A stretch of 60,273 nt of DNA, the filler included, from Sphacelaria rigidula (lineage: Eukaryota), in assembly GCA_964200075.2 (NCBI GenBank). It is 9 parts of 9 records of this genome, joined end to end, with 100 filler letters (N's around TTAATTAATTAA, not from the genome) between each part and the next. Parts side by side here need not be neighbours in the genome. Positions count along the whole stretch, not along the records: positions 46,958 to 53,565 come from CAXNAA020019090.1; positions 53,666 to 60,273 come from CAXNAA020019091.1; 7 more parts are not named here. The stretch is one strand, 5' to 3'. Both the position numbers and the translations under genes were made by a program. Numbering within the stretch: the stretch's first letter is position 1; each line of letters begins with the position of its first letter. Of this stretch, positions 50,433 to 60,273 are shown piece after piece. Under the pieces are notes generated by a model. That model was not told where the DNA came from and ran no database searches. It saw only the letters and a list, made by a program, of their open reading frames with translations.

Positions 50433-52221
50433 CCTGTTGTACTTGGTGCTTCAAGAACTTTTACAGCGGCGAGCAGAGCCTCCAACTTCTCCGTGTTGCT
50501 CTTGACCTGTATCAGCAGCGAGTTCAACTCCTTGCGGGCCCTCGTTACGGGGAGCAACCTCGGAAATTCGTCCCCGCCAGCAGATGTAACCGCCTTGGAC
50601 ATGATACGCACGAAGGCCGTAACGCAGGAACTTCCAGATGGACGCAGAACAATGTTGCACTTTCGATGTTCCCGGCGGGGCCAGCGCCCACGCTGGGCAT
50701 GCAGATGCTGGATATTCCCTGGGATACCACAACACTTCGATCAACTGAAAAGGTTTAATCTCCTAACATCCGCATCTGAGGCAGGCTTTGCAGCGAACCC
50801 GTACCCCTGACAGTCTCCAAAATCAACAGCTGGGAACGCCGGGTCCTGGGTGATAAGAAAGCAAAGTTGTTTCTTGTTGCAGAAACCATACATATTTTGT
50901 TCTGGTCCAGCAGACCCAGTCAGAATTTTCTCGGAAAGTACCGCTATCTTCAAAGAAGAAATTCGGCGGAGCTGTCGTTTCTCCGACGCTCCTGCAGCGC
51001 GTCAACAATAAATTAGTTGGCCGCGAGGGTAATGCATCTGCCTCAAGAATAAGCATGATATTTGACATGGAACATCAATGCATTGACCCATGTTGTGTGT
51101 AGTCGTACGTGTATGCAGTTTTTTTCGATTCTTTTTGAGGGCTTGAGGATTTACTGAAACTGGCTGAAAGAGCCGAAACCAAAGCGGGGCAACGTTAACC
51201 CGCAGCTTGTCATTTATTCAAATGAATTGGTCAGGACCCGTCGGTGGATGTTCTGAAACCTTCCACGGTTCAGACGAATCATCGCCGTTTCGACTCACCA
51301 AATCTACGGTTTCTTGGGCCTGATTGCTCGAAAGAGAGAAACAAAAAGTCGATCGCTGGTCAAACAGGTTTCCACGCAACTTTTGCGCCATTCCACGTGC
51401 CTGGGCTGCGCGTACCTGGGTTGCAACGCCGGAAACAAAGCCTAAGGATTGATTCGTACCATACGGATCAATTGCACTAAAATCAAGTAATTTACGGACG
51501 GATCATTAATTCATCCGACCCTTGAAACCGTCGCGCTGCGTTTGCCAGGACTGATGTCACCCCATTTGGCCCTAAGATACTTTTACCCCCTAGCTAGAGA
51601 ACGTAAACTTGGTTTCCGGGTTGGCTTTTCTGATCAAATACGTGCAATACTGTACCTCGAACTGAGAATGCGATTTTTTCTACTACTGTCGTTTTCCGAT
51701 AATGAAACAAGGGTAAACCCTTAGACCGCGATGCGGGTAGTCAATCTGGATCACGCACACTTTTCCCAGTGAAATCGATGCCGATTCAACAGGTGATCTA
51801 CCATCGCGATCAGAGCGTTGATGTCGGGAAAAAACACCTCAGATTTGGGGTCTCGACCCAATTTCGAGTTTAGATATGATTTATTTCCTCTAACATTTAA
51901 ACATTAGGCAGGAGGGGGAGAGTAGGTTTTATGTTGAATTCACGTCAATTTCTCTTCCAAAAGCATGCACGATTCTGGTGGACTACCCTCGCGGCCTAAG
52001 GGTCGAATCAGTATTGGGCGGGCTTGACTTCGACCTGGAATAGCGCACAAGTGCCCATAGATATACAGGTAGATGAATGAACAAGAAGTCATACCGCGGG
52101 AACTTACACAACCAGCGAGTATTCTGGTCGAAAACAACATACAAAAAAAACAGCGCCAAGGCATATCAGCCGCTTACCCGTCAAGCTGGGTTCGGTCAAC
52201 AGAATTCGGGAAGGATGAGGC
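50433..52221 (-). CDS. Hypothetical multi-exon gene with small exons (52178-52221, 52095-52123, about 50943-50992, 50805-50845, 50658-50718 and 50433-50594)
   Basis: A chain of AG/GT-bounded segments with compatible phases: ASSFPNSVDRTQLDG-ILAGCVSSRG-ASEKRQLRRISSLKIA-DPAFPAVDFGDCQG-EYPASACPAWALAPPGTSK-AVTSAGGDEFPRLLPVTRARKELNSLLIQVKSNTEKLEALLAAVKVLE. No recognised homology. Confidence 0.35.
51264..51524. mobile_element. MITE family C, second copy (third, partial inverted copy at about 53770-53957)
   Basis: Collinear with 24237-24496. Flanks AAACCTTC and AAACCGTC (8-bp TSD, 1 mismatch). Confidence 0.85.
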
Positions 52222-55200
52222 CTGCCATGGGCTCAATGCGCAATCGGCGTAGGGTAAGACATTCGTATGTACTGAAACAATGTGGATATATGCATATTCT
52301 CTCCCCGTGTGTAGTCGCTGTGTGTGAAGTCGAGCATAATCCAGCACAAATTTTGGTTCTTCCGCTAACGGATATGGTAGCTCTTCAGGTTGTAACACCC
52401 CCCCACGATGCCTGTTGTCAACCCCGTGTTCTCTAGAGTAAAGACCCCGCAGTATCACAAAGAACGGATATAGATATAGATCTTGACGGTAGCTTTGCAA
52501 GAACAGGAGTCCACGTGTCTCTAATACGGTAGCCTTCGAGAAAGCGAGAAAAATGAAGTCAATGTATAGGGGCATGTTCGGCCGTCTAAGCTACCACACG
52601 AGAGTTTTCCTGAACACTTTCTAACTCGTGACTTATGGTGAGGGAGCCCTCAGGCTTGAGCTGGTATGTGAAAATTTCCCAGCAATGCTCGTAGTCATCC
52701 AGGTATTTTGTCGTTGAGGCGCACGTGTGGCGATACAGATCGCATATGTCTAGGAGAGTCGGTATGATGCGATGTTTTGGTCGCTTGAAGCCTCTTCTGT
52801 ATGGAAATGGAACGCGTCGTCTTTGCGAACCGTTTCGGTTCTGCCGATCTACGAGGAAGTGGACAGCACCAACCGGCCTAACAAACGTCGAAGGTCGAAG
52901 GAATGATGCAAGCATGTTTGCAGTATACACGCCATTCCACGTGCACTATAGTCGTCAACATTAGAAGTCTGCGGAATGCATACAGGCTGGTTCACGTTGA
53001 TCACCCAAAAAACACTCATCGGCAAAACCTCACGCCTTTTCAAGACGTTAGAGCCTGAAATTTTGCACGAACGTTCTATGGGTAATTACGCAACTTTCGA
53101 AGGTTGGGGTTTTTCGACTTTTTCGACTTTTTTCACCGTTTTCGGGGGTTCCAGTATGTATTTGGGAAACCTCGACCCAATCGGACCCCCTTAAAACAGT
53201 AACACAAAAAATCAGAGAATCCTATGCATCCAAAGTTGCATGATGACCCAAAGCACAGTTGTACAAAATTTCAGAACCTAACTCCTTAACCCTTTTGGAA
53301 CCCTCCCCTCCTGTCCCCTGGCCAAACGCCTTATTATGAGAAGCCCTGACGAAGAGGAAAACATGGAAACAGAATAGGCCGACGGCAACCGTTTTTATAA
53401 TGGAAGCCCGGAGAAGAATGTCCTTCCTTGAGAATTTGGGTAAGGTTTGTCCAATCATACCACGCAACGCATGGAGTGTATCCAATTATATCCATCGACA
53501 ATAATCAGCAAAACCACTATGAAACATTCCATTCAAAAAAAAAGCAATGGGCTCCAGGGTCCAACNNNNNNNNNNNNNNNNNNNNNNNNNNNNNNNNNNN
53601 NNNNNNNNNTTAATTAATTAANNNNNNNNNNNNNNNNNNNNNNNNNNNNNNNNNNNNNNNNNNNNCCGGTGCTCCGCAGTAGATTTCCCCCCCCCCCCCG
53701 AGCTCTGGAAACCCCCGGATGTCTCGGAAATGTCAGCCTGTACAACTGTTCCGAGGCGACGCTCGTCGTCTAAGGATTAAGCTTTGTATTCAGCGTTGCA
53801 ACCGAGGTACGCGCTGCCCAAGCACATGGAATGACGCAAAAAATGCGCCGAGACCTTTTTGACAAGCGGTCAACTTTGTATTCTCTTTTTTGAGCAATCA
53901 GGCCTGAAAACTCGTGGATTTGGTGATTCAAATCGGCTATGATTCGTCCGAAATTGGCATTCGTGCAAGAATCAAACCTGCTCAAGGTGTGTCGGCGCTG
54001 TATCTACAAAATCTGAAATCATGGTGCAAAGAAGGAATTCATGTCATTTTGCATGCATATATTACAGCAGTACTCCAGCGACTGCCGACGTATACCACTT
54101 GCAGAGCTGGAACTCATCCGCCCCGCGAAAACGGCTCAGTAAGGGCACAAACTAATACCGTACAACTTTCCTTGGCTTGTTGAGCTCAAAATTGGTGAGG
54201 CTTTCTCCACTGTAATACTGCTGTGTACAGAACATTCACGTGTTGATTTTGACAAGCGTTTCGTTTCTTGGAACAAATACTCTGAACCCGAAATGTGTAA
54301 CAAGTGTTGTGAGTCGATCTGGTGCACACCCTGGACGAGACATTATATTGTAGAAAAATGTACTGCGTTCAGTATAGAACTCACCTGTCGACGTCATGAG
54401 GACACGTCATATTTGATTCATCCGTGCCCTCAAACCGATGCGTCACTAACCCTTAAACCGCGGTGCGGGTAGTCCATAGACCACGTATACTTTTTTCAAG
54501 TGAAAATTGATGCCGATTCAGCAGGTGACAAACTCTCGCGGTGAAAGGGTTGAGGTGGTCTCGTGTACGAGTAGGCATGAAGGCAAAAGTGCCTTCCCAC
54601 CCAGGCAGTCTTGGACTTGAATGATTAATCGTCCAAAACATTATGATGCAATCCGGGTGGGCCGCGAAGTCATCCCGACCAGCTATCCGCTCAAGAGCAA
54701 CGACAGGTAGTTTCGGGTAAACAAAATGGACCTAATTATATGCCGTCTGTTCGCTCAAGGCGAAACAATGTTCCCAAGAAGTAATGCCGCCTTATGGGTC
54801 GGCTCAAGATTTGAAATCCAGGTGATTATGGACGTGTTGTACCGCGCCATCGAGGTCACCGGTGCACACAGCTTGTTAGTTGACCCGTGCGTGTGACCGT
54901 GCGGTCCTTTGTCTTCGCGCCGGTCGATGCAACCAGAAGATATGCCGCTGTTTTTTTTCTTCACTGCAGTCGGGTGGTGAGGGATGGTGAACATTGAAAT
55001 GTTTTGCAGAAGCTGACGCGTGGCTTCTCTCAACAGGTTGGCGAACTGCTGGCACACGTTCACGTACGAAGAACGCAACTGTCCCCTGCCCTCTCACAAC
55101 TGGGTGGTGTGCCCATGACTTCCGGTCAGATTATGACTGCATGTGTCCAGTCCTTGTACCCGGACCCTAGTTGGATGTTCGTCATACGAGCAGTTTCTGG

Positions 55201-58200
55201 GCAGGTCGTGATGGCTATTTGTGGCGGGGAAAAAACGGCTGCATGGGGGAGGGGCATTCTCGTACATGAATAAACCTACGTCGATGACAATCCCCTCTTG
55301 AAAAGCCGCGAAAATGTCGGCCGAAACTCATGAATTACATACGAGGGCGTTGGAAGAGTTAAACCTTTACAATCCACTTTCGCTCTTGACAAATGCCCCA
55401 CTGCGGTCTCTCGGTGTCCCTCGAAATTTGTTCGCTGGTATTTCATGACGAGCACTTGAAACGTGGATATGTTTGCAGGTCTCGGTAAAGTGGGGGGCTT
55501 GAGGAGAAGTCGAACAGGTCGTTATGGGAAAGATTACCCTGAAGCATAGATGAGCTTCCCACGTTCTTTGTGTCATTCAGAAGTTCACCCGCTGTTACTA
55601 TATACCGCTCGTGGCTGATCTGTGGTCGTTTTTTGTCAAGAGTGCCCGTCTTGCGTTGCGTCACGGGAGCGGAAAGGGCCTTTCGTCCCGCCTTCGATCG
55701 AACCCTCTCTACTTATGCCGTACAACGTTCATTTCAACATGTATGTAGATGTAGTTCTTCTCTTTTTTTTTCTTGGGCGCTCTTGCTGTCCTTGCACAAA
55801 TGAAGAATCCCTTTGCTGCACTTTTTTCTACACATGATGATCATCAATACTTTCGGCCCTTGCCCTTCTCGCCTTTCAATTTCAAGTATGAGGGTTAACG
55901 CGGTAGTCGAGTGGGTAATGGTGATAATGTTGAACGTACGACGAGGGGTGACATATCTCTGTCCAAAAATCGCACAGGAGTGTTGAATAAAATCCTAATT
56001 TAAGGGGATTGACGGGGAGGCGGTCTCTCTGAATCTAGGAAGTTAGACTGATGAGAGCATGTTCTTGGACCATGAAGCAGGGATATCCACTCATTTCGAG
56101 AAATTGTTACGATCCGAGCGGGATTCAATGAGATCGAAGTGATGTGAGTAGGGAACACCAGTTTGGCGGCTAAGTTTTGAGGTTCACGGGGGACCACGGC
56201 ACACTCTTCAAGGAGGATGTCGGGAAGAATCAGATCACCTTTGCCAATCGTGCACCGATGGATGCCACTCCATACCTACACGTTGAAGGTATAGAAAAAG
56301 TAGAGCTTGATCCTTCGATCGCCAGGGGGTCGATCATCGATCTGATGAGCATCACGTTGACTTGAAAAATGGGTCGCGGAGATACAGAATACCAGCCTTC
56401 GCGGTCGAACGGTTGAGTCATGTCACCTACCCTACGGTGTTGTGGCGGGAACGTTGAAGCACATTCCCCCTACTCCTGGGGGAACGAGCTGTTGGCCGAG
56501 GAAATTTCTGGGAACAGCTACGGAGTCATGCTAAAAAGTGTACCCTTATCAACCTCCTGAGAGAACGTGGAAGGGTATCACGAGTACCGAAGTCGACAGG
56601 GGCTGAACTCTTGGACCTCACGGGTGGATCATGTGTGTCAGGCCCTTCTTCAGGTACAGATCACGCTGGTTGAGCAGATGACCCGCCCCGGCTGCCAAGT
56701 GATGAACGATTTCTAGTAGAGGCCATAGATGAGCCCAACCAGTTCTCAAGATGCTGAAAGTGCGAACCGATCGAAAATGCATGTGTTGTCCGTCAGTCAG
56801 CGTTCTTCGCGTGAAAGGACGGCCAGGCGGGGTTCGCCAGCTCGTAGTGACTCCGTATGAGAGGATTCCGCGCCCTGGACAACGTGACCAACACTTGTAA
56901 CATGGAAAAATGTACCGCGTAAAGTATAGCTTGTTGCAACTGGTGACGGACTCGACAGAAGGCGCACTAGGCTATCGTCTACGCAAAGCGATACTTGCTC
57001 TTTCGTGATCATTGACCACATTTTGCTCAGGGTGTGGAGGATTCCAGCATACTCTTGTGACTCTTGGTGCATGTGGTTCGACTCTGAGTGAACACAATCG
57101 ACGTCGCGCTCTCATGTTGGAACGGATTAAAATGAAAGCACATGCATTTTCGTGAATCGAGAAGGATCGTAGCAACGTGCACGGCTCCACTTCTTTGTTC
57201 ACCCCAGGATTTGTACAAATCAATCAAAAGGGCAGAGCATGCCTTTTCATAGAAAATGGCGAAGATTTGCGCAGAAGCACGCGATTTTTTCTTCTTCACT
57301 CAGAGTTGAACCGCAGGTATCAAGAAAAGTCGAAGTGTGCCGGAATCCTCTCAGATAATACTGCAAGTTACTCCAAAGTGGCATGGCCCGCCTGGCCATC
57401 ATCAAAGGCGAAAAACTCCCGTTGGAGAGTCAAGTTTCTTGATTTCTTTGCACTTGTGGCACCATGAGAATCAGTCTCACTAGATATGCCTTCCCCCCGA
57501 ATATTGTGTTCGAATGTACATATTTCGAGTAAGGCCAAGGAGTGAACGAATTACTTTTCCCGCTAGTAACTCCGTGGACAACTCCAACTCCACAAACATA
57601 GCGGTTCCCTCTTGGGATTACTTCTGTTTCATCGCGCACATTTCTTTTGTTCTTCTTGTCCGTGCTGCCCTCCCTGCGCGCATTTTTTATGCAGATTACG
57701 AATGCGTCACTAATGCTCTCGGGAGTCACATGGGGGCTGCCTGCGAATGTGGTCGTCGGAAGAAGCTACGGATGTTTTTTGTGGTTGTTTCTCTGTTCTG
57801 TTCGCGATAGTACTTTCACCGTCCAGGAGTTGTTCAGACGTTCTCCTCGCGATTTTGGCATGCAAAACCACTTGACGGAGATCCGAATGGTGCAAATGTT
57901 CGGTGTGATGAGTCGGCCGTTGTCCTGGATCCGAACGTGTTTTGGGTGGCGATCGTGTCGGGTGTACTCACGTTTGACTGAACAGTTTTCGAGTCGGGGA
58001 ATATACTGAGTCGCGGGTGGTATCATCCCGGAAAGCGTTCGCAGAGTCGAAACAAGACATGAAGGCCCCCCTACATGGACTTACCATTGACCTCTCGTTA
58101 AGTGGTGCGGTGAGGATTTCGAGTGCTTTGTATACGCGAATGTATTCTCCGACCTTTTCTCCGTTGACCCACGAACGAGCTGTACGTACGTGATGGTGTG

Positions 58201-58417
58201 TTGATGCAGAAATATGGCGCATGGTCTACGCCCACGTATTTCGTCGAAAATAGTATCACACGTGTTGCCGATTTAGTTTAGGGGGGGGGGGGTTGCGTTC
58301 CACGTTTATCTGATACCTGTGAGGACGTCGGTGCCATGATGACGTTCGCCGAAGAGCACTCCTGCCACACATGATGAGGGTCATGCAACGTAGTAACCAG
58401 GTTGTTCATGGAACTGC

Positions 58418-58650
58418 ATGTGTGTGTTGTCGTCCCATCTATTCCGGACGGCGGTCTACACCTTTCGGTATATATGGGCGCACCAGCCGGAGTCACACAA
58501 GAAAGAGGAAGGCCAACACAGGAGTGTTTTCTCTTTTTTATTTATTCTGGTACTCTACCTTCCTTATGCGGTACTTGCCTTTATATTTTCTCGGGTGAGG
58601 GGTTCGGCAGTCCCCTTTCGTCGTCGACCGTCAAGACGAATTTGCATGCG
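58418..58650 (-). mobile_element. 5'-truncated copy of the (CA)n-tailed retroelement 3' region
   Basis: Similar to 19655-19880 (GTCCCAT.TATT...GGGCGCA.CAGCCGG.GT.ACACA...GCAGTCCC.TT..TCGTCGACCGTCAAG). Confidence 0.75.
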
Positions 58651-58958
58651 CATCTAGAACAATCAACTGTTTCTCGGAGCAATGCTACGATAGGGGTTGC
58701 GCCTTTTGTTTCTGGGTCTCAACAACATCACTCCTCCGTGTATCGCGTTGTTCCGTTTGTACCTTGAGTCTCCCCCCCCTCGTCTTGTCTTCTTGAGCAA
58801 CAAACAATTAAAAAAGAAACCGTTGCTGGTGGACATCAAAATGTTGTATTTTCTACTCCTTGGAGTAAAGTAGACTGGCTCATACACCTCATGTCGAACT
58901 CCAGTTCTTGAATGAACCATTGCCAAAATGACGTGTTGCTGTGCTCGGCTGTTATCAG

Positions 58959-59901
58959 TAGAGGTGGGCACCGGCAGACAAAGAACCGGTTATAACCGGT
59001 TCTTGGAAACCCTCACAGGCATTAATCGGTAACGGTAACGAAAAAAAAAACGGAGGTTTTTTTACCCGGAAAACCGGTTTAACCGGTTCAATTCCGAAGT
59101 CGAAAGTTCGATAGCAAAAGCGTGTCACACGAGTCGTCACACGCTACACGTCACCACGTCACCCAATCAAGGGAAACTTTTCAAGAGCAGAGAGACAGAA
59201 TCTGGACTGAGACATGGCAGGACTGTCGATGACAAATCAGCCCGTAAGCCCATGAGTCACTCTATATTTCAAACAGGGTTGTTTTTGTGGAAAGTGTGCA
59301 GCGGATTCAAGTATCTTTGAATCCTAGATATAATGAGTCGTGGCAGGCGAAGAAGCCCAAGGCAATCGCCAGTCACAGAGAAATTACAAAATGAACAGTC
59401 CGGGTACTCACCACCCCAGCTGTTGGCCCGGACGCTACTGCTCATGGAGATGCTTTTCATGCGGAGAAGTTTTTCGTGTGAATGCCTCCTCGATTAATCC
59501 ATGCCAGGTCCCAGATTATAACAGTAGCCGTTTAAGTAATGAAAACCATTTATCAACGCATTGGAAAAAGTGTTAACAGTCGCTAGTCACCAGCACCAGC
59601 CGCTGTGCCGTAAGCCGTAAGTTCGACAGATGTTACACGGGTACGGAGGTGTGGAATTTAACCTTGCCGTCACCTGCAATGGGTGTTTTCGAGCGTATTC
59701 ATCACTCACACGGTGTGAAACACACAACAACGCCTATTTCACCGACGTTTCAATGATTCGGAGGCGTTGTCCCTTGCTCATCAGGTTAAACCGGTCAAAC
59801 CCGCCGAAAAAACACCGGTTAAACCGGTTTTTTGATTTGAAAATAACGCCTCCTTATCCGGTTACCGGTTTTCTAAATTTGCTGTCCGGTGCCCACCTCT
59901 A
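58959..59901 (+). mobile_element. Non-autonomous hAT element (943 bp)
   Basis: TIR TAGAGGTGGGCACCGG / CCGGTGCCCACCTCTA, 8-bp TSD GTTATCAG/GTTATCAT, and AACCGGTT subterminal repeats at both ends. Confidence 0.92.
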
Positions 59902-60273
59902 GTTATCATTCGAGGGCCGGGACTTGCCACTCTCGTATCATATCCCCGTGGTCTATCAAGCCGATCCTGATGGTTTTCACGATTAATTTTGCCGCTTCGA
60001 GCGTGTCTCATTTGAATTTCTCATCTTTCTACATGATGAAAGGTTTATTGAGGAAGTATATTTTCGTCACCATACACCATTCACACATTTTAATTTTAGT
60101 TGGCGTCTGAATGTACTTGCCCGGAAACTTCGACATATTTGCTGGTGTTTGAAGCCTTGTTCCGTTCATTTTCCCTTTTTCAATTCACACACATTTCGTC
60201 ATCAACAATGTTTTCGTAAGATTGAGAGTAGATGATACAATTGAGAGTGAAAAGCGGCCAATCAGTGAATGAA

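Larger units (their letters stand above)
6610..53665. other. Eight artificial 100-bp contig linkers (N-run, TTAATTAATTAA, N-run) at 6610-6709, 13318-13417, 20026-20125, 26734-26833, 33442-33541, 40150-40249, 46858-46957 and 53566-53665
   Basis: The same linker, with stops in all six frames, occurs each time. The intervening contigs are all 6608 bp (the first is 6609), consistent with length-sorted concatenation. Confidence 0.97.

Noticed and set aside
55295..55332. Penelope-type minimal hammerhead (...GCCG..CGGCCGAAAC)
   Set aside because: The CUGANGA box is absent and no Penelope RT or GIY-YIG remnant was recognised nearby.
54700..58250. Degenerate transposase or RT on the last contig
   Set aside because: Patchy open frames and a few splice-like signals on the minus strand, but no diagnostic RT, DDE, Rep/helicase or RuvC/Fanzor motifs could be identified.

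Overview
Eukaryotic, repeat-rich genomic DNA. A stramenopile, probably a brown alga, is inferred from the long GT-AG introns, a flagellar-type gene and TTAGGG-type tracts. The window is not contiguous: it is nine unrelated contigs of 6608-6609 bp (1-6609, 6710-13317, 13418-20025, 20126-26733, 26834-33441, 33542-40149, 40250-46857, 46958-53565, 53666-60273) joined by 100-bp N/TTAATTAATTAA/N linkers, so nothing can be inferred across the gaps. Most listed ORFs are spurious. Spliced host genes recognised by hand: the first three exons of RNA polymerase subunit RPB8, the first exon of a class-V PLP aminotransferase (cysteine-desulfurase-like) lying head-to-head with a CPFC glutaredoxin-domain gene, a SHIPPO/PG-rich-repeat flagellar protein, and a secreted Cys/Trp-repeat protein. 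The rest is mostly non-autonomous transposons: Tc1/mariner-pogo, hAT/P-like, MULE-like foldback, piggyBac-like and TG..CA elements, plus tRNA-derived SINEs, a LINE endonuclease remnant and satellites. No CRISPR array, rRNA or intact tRNA was seen. The most unusual items are a TIR element carrying telomere-type repeats, a pogo-derived ORF lacking a catalytic domain (Cys/His cluster plus PIP-like box), and the secreted Cys/Trp-repeat protein with an RRL motif.
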